Source of the DNA: Desulfobacter curvatus DSM 3379
Lineage (GTDB): Bacteria > Desulfobacterota > Desulfobacteria > Desulfobacterales > Desulfobacteraceae
DNA length: 27,537 nt
Direction: 5' to 3'
Assembly: GCF_000373985.1 (NCBI RefSeq)
Contig: NZ_KB892957.1
Location: forward strand, 56,795-84,331
Shown here piece by piece: positions 17,404 to 26,437 of this stretch. Under the pieces are notes generated by a model. The model did not search any database and was not told where the DNA came from. It saw only the letters and a list, made by a program, of their open reading frames with translations. The translations under genes were made by a program, and so were the position numbers. Numbering within the stretch: position 1 is the first letter of the stretch; every line of letters begins with the position of its first letter.

Positions 17404-17440
17404 AAAACCCCCCTGGCTTTTAATAGGCAGGGGGGTTTTT
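17404..17440. terminator. Bidirectional intrinsic terminator between convergent cimA and lepA
   Basis: AAAACCCCCCTG (17404-17415) pairs with CAGGGGGGTTTTT (17428-17440). The 8-bp G/C stem is flanked by an A run and a T run, so it can work on both strands. Confidence 0.8.
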
Positions 17441-17466
17441 ATAAAATTTTTTACAGCGCCTCAAAT

Positions 17467-19269
17467 TTAATCAGACTTCAACACAGACAGGAACGCTGAC
17501 TGCGGGATCTCCACAGACCCCACCATCTTCATTCTTTTTTTGCCTTTTTTCTGTTTTTCCAAAAGCTTGCGCTTTCTTGAAATATCACCGCCATAACATT
17601 TGGCGGTAACATCTTTGCGATAGGCGGAAATGGTTTCCCTTGCAATGATTTTGCCGCCAATGGCGCCCTGGATGGGTATTTTAAACTGCTGTCTTGGGAT
17701 TTCTTCACGCAGCTTTTTGCAGGCAGCTCTGGCCTTGGTCTCTGCCTTGTCCCGGTGAATCAGCATGGAAAGGGCATCAACCCGTTCGCCGTTGATCAAA
17801 AAATCCAGCTTTACAAGATTTGTTTCCTGGTAGCCTGCAATTTCATAATCAAAGGAGCCATAGCCCTGGGTCACACTTTTAAGGCGGTCATAAAACTCAT
17901 AGACCACCTCGGCCAAAGGCAGGGTAAATTTCATTTCCATACGATTTGAAGTCAAATACTGATAATTGGTGCTCTCTCCGCGAAACTCATGGCAGACCTG
18001 CATGACATTACCCATATATTTATCCGGTACAATAATGGAGGCTTTGATAATGGGTTCCCTGACACATTTGATTTCCGTGGGATCAGGATATTCGGTTGGG
18101 TTGTCAATGATCTTAACTTCCCCGGACACATAGGTGACTTCATACTGCACCGAAGGCGAGGTTAAAATCAGTGAAACATCATACTCCCGCTCAAGGCGTT
18201 CCTGAACCACTTCAAGGTGTAAAAGCCCCAGAAATCCACAGCGGTATCCGAACCCCAGTGCGGCAGATGAATCCTTTTCATAAATCAGGGCAGCATCATT
18301 GAGTTTGAGTTTTTCCAGCGCTTCGGTCAATTCCGCATAATCGTCGGATGCCACCGGATACATGGAAGAGAACACCACGGGCGTAGGTTCCCTGAAACCG
18401 CCAAGTGCTTTATCGCATCTTTTATCCGGCATGGTCACCGTATCACCGATTTTAACATCTGAAATCAGCTTTATCCCTGCAATGACATACCCCACCTGGC
18501 CGGCCTCAAGACTGGGTTGGTGGTTACGTTTGATCTGAAACAGTCCCACTTCTTCGACTTTGTAGGTCGCATTATTGGACATGAATTGTATTCGGTCCCC
18601 TTTTTTGATACTGCCTTCAAATATCCTGAAATGAATGATAACACCTCGGAACGCATCATAATGAGAATCAAATATCAACGCCTTGAATGCCCCGGTATTT
18701 TCCACCGTGGGCCCGGGTATTTTATCAACAATGGTCTGAAAAATTTTATCAACACCAGTTCCTGCTTTTGCGGACACAAGAAGCGCCTGCTCACTGTCAA
18801 GCCCTAAGTCTTCGTCAATCTGATTTTTGACCCATTCGATCTCAGCCGAGGGCAGGTCAATTTTATTGATGATCGGAAGAATCTCAAGGTTATGCTCCAT
18901 GGCCAGGTAGAGGTTGGCAAGGGTCTGGGCCTCTACCCCTTGGGATGCGTCAGCCAGTATCAAAGCGCCTTCACAGGAGGCAAGAGCCCTTGATACTTCA
19001 TAGGAAAAATCCACATGCCCCGGTGTATCAATGAGATTCAGCAGATAGTTGCTGCCGTCCGGAGCCGTATAAGGCAGGGACACGGTCTGGGATTTTATGG
19101 TAATTCCCCTTTCCCGCTCAATATCCATGGAATCCAGGATCTGCTCTTTCATATCTCGATCTTCTATAATACCGGATAGTTGTATCAGCCGGTCAGACAG
19201 AGTGGATTTGCCATGGTCAATGTGCGCAATAATAGAAAAATTTCTAATATTCAGGTGATCGTATTTCAA
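17467..19269 (-). CDS. lepA: Translation elongation factor 4 (LepA)
   Basis: 600 aa. Motifs: IRNFSIIAHIDHGKSTLSDR, DTPGHVDF, NKIDL, and the C-terminal LepA-specific region (YGGDISRKRKLLEKQKKGKKRMK). Confidence 0.97.
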   Translation of the reverse strand: MKYDHLNIRNFSIIAHIDHGKSTLSDRLIQLSGIIEDRDMKEQILDSMDIERERGITIKSQTVSLPYTAPDGSNYLLNLIDTPGHVDFSYEVSRALASCEGALILADASQGVEAQTLANLYLAMEHNLEILPIINKIDLPSAEIEWVKNQIDEDLGLDSEQALLVSAKAGTGVDKIFQTIVDKIPGPTVENTGAFKALIFDSHYDAFRGVIIHFRIFEGSIKKGDRIQFMSNNATYKVEEVGLFQIKRNHQPSLEAGQVGYVIAGIKLISDVKIGDTVTMPDKRCDKALGGFREPTPVVFSSMYPVASDDYAELTEALEKLKLNDAALIYEKDSSAALGFGYRCGFLGLLHLEVVQERLEREYDVSLILTSPSVQYEVTYVSGEVKIIDNPTEYPDPTEIKCVREPIIKASIIVPDKYMGNVMQVCHEFRGESTNYQYLTSNRMEMKFTLPLAEVVYEFYDRLKSVTQGYGSFDYEIAGYQETNLVKLDFLINGERVDALSMLIHRDKAETKARAACKKLREEIPRQQFKIPIQGAIGGKIIARETISAYRKDVTAKCYGGDISRKRKLLEKQKKGKKRMKMVGSVEIPQSAFLSVLKSD

Positions 19270-19288
19270 TTAGACTCCAAACTAAGAG

Positions 19289-19317
19289 TTGACAAAAAAG
19301 CTGTATCAATCATAATA
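19289..19317 (+). promoter_or_regulatory. Candidate sigma70 promoter for the REC-GGDEF gene
   Basis: TTGACA (19289-19294), 16-17 nt spacer, CATAAT/ATAATA (19311-19317). Lies about 100 nt upstream of the ATG at 19417. Confidence 0.5.
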
Positions 19318-19416
19318 AGGCTATACATTTATCAATTGTATTTTATAGTGTCAAGAAAAGCCGCTGCTCAAGGAGTTCTATTTGTATTGTTGTATTGGAT
19401 TGTATCGGAGAAGCTA

Positions 19417-20322
19417 ATGGCCCATGCCATCCTCATTGTTGATGATGATATAGCAATTAAGGAATCAGTAGAAGAATTTTTAACATTAATGGCCTATGAA
19501 GTCAAAAGTGCTGGAAATGCATTCCAGGCCGTTGACATTCTAAAGACGTTTCAGCCCGATATTGTTGTAACGGATATCATGATGCAAGGAATGGACGGAC
19601 TTGAACTGACCCGATTGATCAGGGAAAAGTACGACATTGATGTCATGGTCATGACCGGATATTCTGCTGATTATTCCTATGAAGAGGCTATTAATGCCGG
19701 GGCCAGTGATTTCATCTTCAAGCCGTTTCGCTTTGAAGAACTGGACTTAAGAATCAAACGCATGCTCCGGGAAGCTGCATTTAAAAGGGAAAGGGATAAG
19801 CTGCTGGAAGATATGAAGCAGCTGGCCATAACCGACGGGTTAACAGGTTTGTTCAATTCTCGGCAGTTTTTTCATGAAATCAAGCAGGAGGTTGAACGTT
19901 TCCAACGCTATTCCCGAAACTTATCCCTGTTGATGCTGGATATCGATTTTTTTAAAAAATACAATGATACATGGGGACACCTTGAAGGAGACAAGGTGCT
20001 CATGAGTATGGGCATGATCATCTCCTCCTGTCTGCGCAGTATGGACTCTGCCTACCGTTACGGCGGTGAGGAATTTGCCGTGCTTTTACCCGAAACAGAG
20101 TTAAATGAAGCCTGTCTGGTGGGTAACCGCATTATGGACAATGTTCGAAAAGCAATATTCACACCGAAAAAAAGTGTGCAAACATCTGTAACCGTAAGCA
20201 TAGGGGCGGCACAGATTGTAAATGGTGAAGACTTTACCTCATTTATCAAACGTACGGATAAGGCATTGTATCTCTCCAAGGAAAACGGCCGCAACCGGTT
20301 AACCGTAGCTCCAGCCCCCTAA
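19417..20322 (+). CDS. Response-regulator diguanylate cyclase (REC-GGDEF)
   Basis: The track ORF begins at 19180, but that extension overlaps lepA and the promoter. The in-frame ATG at 19417 has SD GGAG 6 nt upstream and opens directly into REC (MAHAILIVDDD...DIVVTDIMMQGMDG...FIFKPF). GGDEF domain: DGLTGLFNSR, catalytic GGEEF, and an RSMD (RxxD I-site) 5 residues upstream of it. 301 aa. Confidence 0.9.
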   Translation: MAHAILIVDDDIAIKESVEEFLTLMAYEVKSAGNAFQAVDILKTFQPDIVVTDIMMQGMDGLELTRLIREKYDIDVMVMTGYSADYSYEEAINAGASDFIFKPFRFEELDLRIKRMLREAAFKRERDKLLEDMKQLAITDGLTGLFNSRQFFHEIKQEVERFQRYSRNLSLLMLDIDFFKKYNDTWGHLEGDKVLMSMGMIISSCLRSMDSAYRYGGEEFAVLLPETELNEACLVGNRIMDNVRKAIFTPKKSVQTSVTVSIGAAQIVNGEDFTSFIKRTDKALYLSKENGRNRLTVAPAP

Positions 20323-21149
20323 TCTTCAGCAATCCGCATGCTTAGATCAACAGAAACAGCCTGATGGGTGAGCGCACCGCAGGAAATAACATCCACGCCG
20401 GTGCCGGCAATGGCGTTTAACGTCTGCAAACTGACATTACCTGAAGCTTCAACCACGGCCCGCTTTTTGATCAACGCCACGGCTTTGGCCATGGTATTGA
20501 TGTCCATGTTGTCCAGCATGATCACATCCGCTTGGGCATCAAGGGCCTGCTGCACCTGGGCTAGATCCGAAACTTCCACTTCCACCTTCATCAAATGGGA
20601 CGCCCTTGCCCGGACACGGGAGACGGCCGCTGCAATGGAACCGGCGGCCGCAATATGGTTGTCCTTGATCAGAATGCCGTCATAAAGGGCAAATCTATGA
20701 TTAAATCCGCCCCCTGCCCTGACAGCATCTTTTTCAATTTTACGCCATCCCGGGGTTGTTTTTCTTGTATCCACCAGCCTGACTTTTGGGTTATCCAGAG
20801 CATTGACAAATTGTCGTGTCAAGGTTGCAATACCGGAGAGCCGCTGCAAAAAATTTAACGCCACACGTTCGGCTGTCAAAAGAGCGCGGATGTCTCCGGT
20901 GATGGTAAAGATCACGTCACCTTTTTTAATGGCGTTTGAATCATTAAAATGAATCTTGCACGCCATGGAAGGATCTACGGCATGGAACACCTTTTTTGCC
21001 ACATCCGTTCCTGCCAGGATAAAGTCCTGTTTTGCAACAATAACAGCGGTTTTTTCCTGGGGATGCAGGAAAATACTTTCCGTGGTCACATCCCCAAGAC
21101 AGGTGTCTTCAAAAAGTGCAAGCCGGATAATCTGTTCTGTCATGTCCAT
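20319..21149 (-). CDS. nadC: Nicotinate-nucleotide pyrophosphorylase [carboxylating] (quinolinate phosphoribosyltransferase)
   Basis: 276 aa. Motifs: GDVTT, ERVALNFLQRLSGIAT, DTRKTTPGWR, GGGFNHR, IMLDNM, EASGN. Starts 7 nt after the valS stop. Confidence 0.93.
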   Translation of the reverse strand: MDMTEQIIRLALFEDTCLGDVTTESIFLHPQEKTAVIVAKQDFILAGTDVAKKVFHAVDPSMACKIHFNDSNAIKKGDVIFTITGDIRALLTAERVALNFLQRLSGIATLTRQFVNALDNPKVRLVDTRKTTPGWRKIEKDAVRAGGGFNHRFALYDGILIKDNHIAAAGSIAAAVSRVRARASHLMKVEVEVSDLAQVQQALDAQADVIMLDNMDINTMAKAVALIKKRAVVEASGNVSLQTLNAIAGTGVDVISCGALTHQAVSVDLSMRIAED

Positions 21150-21156
21150 ATGTATA

Positions 21157-23826
21157 TTAGTCCTGTTTCAGATTTTTAACCCGATCCAGGTTCACCGTAA
21201 TCTTATCCTGCTTCTCTTTGAGTTCTTCATGTTGTGCCCTGACCTTTTCAATAACATCTTCCGGGGCTTTTTCAAGGAAACTGTCATTATTAAGCCTTTT
21301 CTGGATACCGTTCAACTCTTTGGTATTTTTTTCCAGCTCTTTTTCAAGACGGCTGATTTCCTTATCAAAATCAATTACACCTTCAAGGCATACATAGCAG
21401 GTGGTTGCACCTGAAACCGTAGTGGCAGAGGATTCAGGCGGATTGTCTGCTTCGCAAAAAGAGAGATTCTCAAGGGTAGCAAGATTGATGATCACGGATT
21501 TATTTTCGGCAATCAGCAATTTTTCCGAATTCTCTTCCGTGGTGGCCAGCACCTTAACCCTGGTGGAGGGCTGGATGTTCATCTCGGATCTGATGTTGCG
21601 GATACCGGAGATCAAAGAGAACATAAATTCCATCTCTTTTTCGCAGGAAGAATTTTTGAATTTTTTGAATTCATCGTCATTATATGGAAACGCAGCCTTC
21701 ATCACAGAGCCGCTTGTACCCGGAAGAATATTGTAAATTTCTTCGGTAACAAAAGGCATGAAAGGATGCAGCATGATGATAATATCTTCAAGCACTTTTG
21801 CCAGAACACCACGGGCAGCGTCACGCTGGTCAGCCCCTAACTTTTCATACAAAGCAGGTTTGGCAGCTTCCAGATACCAGTCGCAGAACTCATGCCATAC
21901 AAACTGGTAAACCGCAGACGCCGCTTCATTGAACCGGTATTCTTCAATTCCCTGTTTTACGGCCAAAGACGTTTCAGCGCATCTGGACAAAATCCAACGG
22001 TCGGTCAAGGTCAGGTCAAGATCATCTGTGAGTGCGTCTTTTTCCGTAATGTGCATCAGGGTGAATCTGGCAGCATTCCACAGCTTGTTAACAAAATTCC
22101 TGTACCCTTCCACCCTGGATTCGGACATTTTAACGTCCCTGCCCTGGGCGGCAAAGGCGGCCAGCGTAAATCTGAAGGCATCAGCACCGTATTCATCAAT
22201 CACCTTGAGGGGATCAATAACATTGCCCTTGGACTTGGACATCTTTTTGCCATGCTCATCCCTGACCAGGGCATGGATATACACATCTTTGAACGGAATT
22301 TCATTGTCCATGAAATGGATGCCCATCATCATCATTCTGGCAACCCAGAAAAACAGAATATCAAACCCTGTAACCAGGACATTGGTCGGATAAAAGGTTT
22401 TCAAAAGATCCGTATTTTCAGGCCAGCCCATGGTGGAAAAGGGCCAAAGGGCCGAAGAAAACCAGGTGTCAAGAACATCGGTTTCCTGGACAATCTCTTT
22501 GCAGCCGCACTTGGGGCATTTATCAGGATCAGTCTCTTCAACAATAACGGCCTTGCATTCCGGGCATTTCCATACAGGGATGCGGTGTCCCCACCAGATC
22601 TGGCGGGATATGCACCAGTCCCTGATATTGTCCATCCATTCAAAATAGGTTTTTGACCAATTATCAGGAATAATTCTGGTCCTGCCGTCCCGCACGGCCT
22701 GGGCTGCTTTTTCAGCCAAAGGCCCTACCTTGACAAACCATTGTTTGGAAATGGACGGCTCAACATCCGTGTGGCAGCGGTAACAATTACCAACACTGTG
22801 TTTCAAAGGTTCTTTTTTCTCAAGCAATCCCAGCTCTTCAAGAGCTTGGACTGCTTTTTTGCGGCATTCAAACCGGTCAAGGCCGGCAAAACGCCCTGCC
22901 CCTTCCATCATTACGCCTGCATCATCAATGACCTTTAATTTCTTCAGGTCGTGTTTTTCACCCAGGTGAAAATCATTGGGATCATGGGCCGGGGTGACTT
23001 TCAGGGCACCGGTACCAAACTGGGTATCCACGTATTCATCCCGGATAATTGGAATTGCCCGGTCGGTCAGGGGCAACTGAACTTCTGTTTCTTCAAGGTT
23101 CTTGAACCGTTCGTCTTCAGGGTTAACGGCCACAGCCATATCCCCGAACAGGGTTTCAGGCCGGGTGGTGGCAACGGTCAGCCCTTTTTTCTGGCTGCCT
23201 TTGAACGGGTAACGGATATAATAGAGGTAACCGTCCTTTTCTTCGTATTCCACCTCAAGATCGGCAAGGGCGGTCATACATCTGGGACACCAGTTAATTA
23301 TGTACTGGTCTTCATAGATCAGGCCCTCTTTGTACAGACGGACAAACACCTTGCGGACAGCCTCGGACAGCCCTTCATCCATGGTAAAGCGTTCCCGGTC
23401 CCAGTCACAGGATGCACCAAGACGTTTGAGCTGATTGATGATGGCACCACCCGATTTTTCCCGCCATTTCCATACTTCCTCAATAAAGGCTTCCCGGCCG
23501 ACTTGATCACGGTTTTTGCCTTCGGCAGCAAGTTTTCGTTCCACCACATTCTGGGTGGCGATTCCGGCATGATCAGTTCCCGGCATCCACAGAACATTCT
23601 GCCCCAAAAGCCTTCTGTACCTGCACATGATGTCCTGGATCACGTTGTTCAGCGCATGACCCATATGAAGCACGCCGGTGACGTTAGGCGGTGGAATCAC
23701 AATTGAAAAGGGGGTTCTGTCACTTTTGTCTTCGGCTTTGAAAAAACCGTTTTCAAGCCAGAATGAATACCATTTCTCTTCAATCTCTTTTGGTGAATAT
23801 CCTTTGTCCAGAGAATCCGAACACAT
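21157..23826 (-). CDS. valS: Valine--tRNA ligase
   Basis: 889 aa. Contains HIGH (PPPNVTGVLHMGHA), KMSKS (KMSKSKGN), the CP1 editing region and a C-terminal coiled coil. SD GAGGAG lies 7 nt upstream. Confidence 0.97.
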   Translation of the reverse strand: MCSDSLDKGYSPKEIEEKWYSFWLENGFFKAEDKSDRTPFSIVIPPPNVTGVLHMGHALNNVIQDIMCRYRRLLGQNVLWMPGTDHAGIATQNVVERKLAAEGKNRDQVGREAFIEEVWKWREKSGGAIINQLKRLGASCDWDRERFTMDEGLSEAVRKVFVRLYKEGLIYEDQYIINWCPRCMTALADLEVEYEEKDGYLYYIRYPFKGSQKKGLTVATTRPETLFGDMAVAVNPEDERFKNLEETEVQLPLTDRAIPIIRDEYVDTQFGTGALKVTPAHDPNDFHLGEKHDLKKLKVIDDAGVMMEGAGRFAGLDRFECRKKAVQALEELGLLEKKEPLKHSVGNCYRCHTDVEPSISKQWFVKVGPLAEKAAQAVRDGRTRIIPDNWSKTYFEWMDNIRDWCISRQIWWGHRIPVWKCPECKAVIVEETDPDKCPKCGCKEIVQETDVLDTWFSSALWPFSTMGWPENTDLLKTFYPTNVLVTGFDILFFWVARMMMMGIHFMDNEIPFKDVYIHALVRDEHGKKMSKSKGNVIDPLKVIDEYGADAFRFTLAAFAAQGRDVKMSESRVEGYRNFVNKLWNAARFTLMHITEKDALTDDLDLTLTDRWILSRCAETSLAVKQGIEEYRFNEAASAVYQFVWHEFCDWYLEAAKPALYEKLGADQRDAARGVLAKVLEDIIIMLHPFMPFVTEEIYNILPGTSGSVMKAAFPYNDDEFKKFKNSSCEKEMEFMFSLISGIRNIRSEMNIQPSTRVKVLATTEENSEKLLIAENKSVIINLATLENLSFCEADNPPESSATTVSGATTCYVCLEGVIDFDKEISRLEKELEKNTKELNGIQKRLNNDSFLEKAPEDVIEKVRAQHEELKEKQDKITVNLDRVKNLKQD

Positions 23827-23945
23827 AATTCAACTCCTCAAACCCTTTTAATGTAACAGCCCCTCCTAATTATTAGGGGCCGTGTCGTGTGTTGTCGTGA
23901 ACCGCAACGTGTTTTACAAAGTAAAGCAGTTCAAGACCAGTCAAT

Positions 23946-23971
23946 GAAAAAAGGGGATTGAATCAATCCCC
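23946..23971 (-). terminator. Intrinsic terminator after the acidic-protein gene
   Basis: Minus strand reads GGGGATTG-ATT-CAATCCCC followed by TTTTTTC, 49 nt downstream of the stop at 24020. Confidence 0.7.
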
Positions 23972-24019
23972 GGCACGTTAATAAAAATTTTTAAAAATTA
24001 AGTCAATCTTAAATCAGAT

Positions 24020-24355
24020 TTAACCAATATCATCAAGATCTTTTTTAAGTCCTGCTTTAATATCTTCAATTTCACGTTTGATCACTTTTTCTGTGACTTC
24101 AAAAAGGATTTTTTCAATAATTCCGGCAAACTTCTTCTCTATAATTTTTTCAAGGACAGCTTCTATGTCGCCCTGGTCCAGTGACGGGGCCATATTTTCA
24201 CTGTCTGTTCGGCCCAACAAAATATCATCGGAAGGCAACGCTTCCCGATCAGAGCTTTGCTGGGTCAGTTCAATGACGTCCTGGTCTTTTGGGGATGATT
24301 CTTCGGTGATCACGTCTGTCAGTTCAATAATATCATCATCATAATCTTGAACCAT
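24020..24355 (-). CDS. Highly acidic small protein of unknown function (acidic repeat-containing N-half, amphipathic helical C-half)
   Basis: 111 aa, SD GAGGA upstream. The N-half is D/E/S-rich with a duplicated (I/V)IELT motif encoded by an exact 11-nt DNA repeat (GTCAGTTCAAT, twice). The C-half is IEAVLEKIIEKKFAGIIEKILFEVTEKVIKREIEDIKAGLKKD. It has its own promoter-like element and terminator. Confidence 0.65.
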   Translation of the reverse strand: MVQDYDDDIIELTDVITEESSPKDQDVIELTQQSSDREALPSDDILLGRTDSENMAPSLDQGDIEAVLEKIIEKKFAGIIEKILFEVTEKVIKREIEDIKAGLKKDLDDIG

Positions 24356-24413
24356 AAAATCCTCATTTCGTAGTGATTTTGAAGCGTTTAATTTTATTTT
24401 TTGAGATTAAAAA

Positions 24414-24442
24414 AATTTATCAGAGCAGATAAAAAGTGTCAA
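24414..24442 (-). promoter_or_regulatory. Candidate sigma70 promoter for the acidic-protein gene
   Basis: Minus strand reads TTGACA (24442-24437), 17 nt spacer, TAAATT (24419-24414). The -35 sits inside a small inverted repeat AGTGT-N2-ACACT. Confidence 0.4.
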
Positions 24443-24693
24443 CACTTATGCCTTTTTCCAATACAATAACGGATCAGACCACGAATAGATTACAATTCTG
24501 ACCACATCCTTGCCCGTCCCCTCCCCCTCTATTGTCATAATTTATCCCCCTTGGTGGAAAAATAAGGCATATAGTCGATGTTATGCCTGTGGCCGTGCAG
24601 GGACAGCCGTCTAAAAAAGATGGGACTGCCCATAAAAATTTAAGTCAACCTAACCCATCTTTGATAAAATATCAGATGCTGTAATCATGAGTG

Positions 24694-26049
24694 TCAGGCA
24701 GCAGCACTCTGCGCCAGCCATATCTGTGCGGATCGTGGGGATATGGCTAAATTCAACCGCTCCTGGCCATGAAGTTCCATATGATACCCATGGATCAGTT
24801 CTTTAAATTTGGAAGGATTTTTGATTCCGTACAGCCAGATATCAGCATGAACCCATTGGTCGCTCTTGTTAATCGCAACGATACCTTTGCTGCCTCGCCT
24901 GAAGACAAGATAATCGTCGTGTTCATAGAGCATGGCCATGGGCTTTCCCGCAACTGCATTGTGGAATTCGATCATGGCCCTGATATCCGCTCTCTTATAG
25001 GCATTGGCCCACCTGTCCCTGTCCTCAGGGTGAGATTTTCCGTCACCGTTTTCCTCCAGACTTTCATTATTGTCTGAATATACCAGCGGGACACCACCAT
25101 CCCTTGCCATGATGTATACATTGGCCAGAAACTCATCCTGATGGTCAAGCATCAGGGACCGAAAGTCCTCATTGAGAGGCAGATCATGGTTAACCGTAAA
25201 TGTTACTGCGCGTGACCAGTGCAGGCATTTCCCATAAGCAAAGGGATTGATAAGACGCTTAAGCGAATCGCCATAACCAAACGCCTTTCTGATCTGCTCC
25301 TGGAGAGGGAAATCATAGGCAGATATATGGGTTTCTGACAGATAGGGCTTCATAAAGACATCGACTTCAGTTTCATTGGTTGTGAGAACTTCACCGAACA
25401 AGAAAGATTTCTGGAGAAAATGCTGGTCTGCAATATTGTCTATCTGACGTTCGTTCAAATGTTTGATGGCATCGAGCCTGAACCCGTCAAATCCCATCCG
25501 GTTAAGGGCATAAAAGAGTTCCCGCTGCTGTTTTAATACCCAGTGGTTGTCCCTTAAATCCGGCAGATTGCTCAGTTGCCGATACTGCACATCGTAACGG
25601 TTCTTCCAGTCAACGATGTTTACCTGGTCATTGAAATCCCATTTTGAAAACAATCCATGATTCAGATCACCATACACCCTGTTCGCTTCATACTTTTCAC
25701 GATCTGAGGCGTATTTAGTCAGTTCCGTTTTTCCCGGAAAATTCAGTTTTTCCGAAGAGTCCCTTGCTTCATTGGCCATATGGTTCAAGACAATATCCGC
25801 ATAGATCCTGAGGCCTTTGCCGTGGGCTGTGTCAATCAGTTCTTCAAGGTCCGGCTTATCACCCAAGTAAGATAAAAGAATCCTGTAATCTTTGGGCTGG
25901 TATCGCTGCCACCAGTCGCGTCCATCAGGGTTGCTGTAAAGGGGTGGTGCTATCAAAACAGCGCCGAAACCACTATCTGAAATTTCGTCTAAACGGCCAA
26001 TGATATCTCTATACTTCCAGTTAAAAGCATGCAAAATAACATCTTTCAT
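24694..26049 (-). CDS. GH13 alpha-amylase family glycoside hydrolase (no signal peptide, likely cytoplasmic)
   Basis: 451 aa, SD GGAGA upstream. GH13 conserved regions: I DIVLNHMA, II GFDGFRLDAIKH, III FGEVL, IV FTVNHD. Confidence 0.9.
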   Translation of the reverse strand: MKDVILHAFNWKYRDIIGRLDEISDSGFGAVLIAPPLYSNPDGRDWWQRYQPKDYRILLSYLGDKPDLEELIDTAHGKGLRIYADIVLNHMANEARDSSEKLNFPGKTELTKYASDREKYEANRVYGDLNHGLFSKWDFNDQVNIVDWKNRYDVQYRQLSNLPDLRDNHWVLKQQRELFYALNRMGFDGFRLDAIKHLNERQIDNIADQHFLQKSFLFGEVLTTNETEVDVFMKPYLSETHISAYDFPLQEQIRKAFGYGDSLKRLINPFAYGKCLHWSRAVTFTVNHDLPLNEDFRSLMLDHQDEFLANVYIMARDGGVPLVYSDNNESLEENGDGKSHPEDRDRWANAYKRADIRAMIEFHNAVAGKPMAMLYEHDDYLVFRRGSKGIVAINKSDQWVHADIWLYGIKNPSKFKELIHGYHMELHGQERLNLAISPRSAQIWLAQSAAA

Positions 26050-26437
26050 GTGATCTCCTATATTTGAAGAAAAAAAGTGTATTGTTAAGAATCATTGGCC
26101 CTTTCAGGGGGTAATGATTCCTGCCGAAGTCTGAGATAAATTGTTTAGTCGTGATGCAGACCCTTACTGTCTACATCATCATCATCTTTGTCCATATCGC
26201 CTTGGCACGGGAACATTGATAAGGCATTTATAATGATTGCTGTGAAGATAACTTAAATTCGTTTTTTCATTCGAGCGTAATGATTTTTGTCAGCATCCTC
26301 CCAGACAGAATAGAGAATTAAAATTGCCGTTTTTTCAGTTAGAACAAGAACTTGTTATTTGTCAAGTAAAAAAAAATAAAAACGCCGAAAATAAACGAAA
26401 ATAAAACTCGTCACTGGCGGAAATAACGGGGAAATTC

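Noticed and set aside
19180-19416. 79-codon N-terminal extension of the REC-GGDEF ORF given in the track
   Set aside because: The extension overlaps the lepA 5' end and the intergenic promoter-like element, and it translates to non-protein-like sequence. The internal ATG at 19417 has an SD and begins exactly at the receiver domain.
21892-23706. Two plus-strand ORFs of about 250 aa (21892-22656 and 22951-23706) antisense to valS
   Set aside because: Both are nested in the valS coding region. Their translations are G/F/P/H-rich with no recognisable motifs, so they are shadow ORFs.
23827-23945. valS 5' region considered for a T-box or other leader. It has a hairpin GCCCCT...AGGGGC at 23859-23880 and a direct repeat TGTCGTG-TGT-TGTCGTG around 23884-23900.
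   Set aside because: About 120 nt is far too short for a T-box. I see no specifier loop or T-box sequence, and these elements are not expected in this lineage. The hairpin may simply be a 5'-UTR structure, so I left it uncalled.
26203-26220. Sigma54-like TGGCAC element (TGGCACGGGAACATTGA) on the plus strand
   Set aside because: The -12 element is TTGA at the wrong spacing rather than TTGC, which should come 4 nt after TGGCACG. There is also no plus-strand gene downstream for it to drive.
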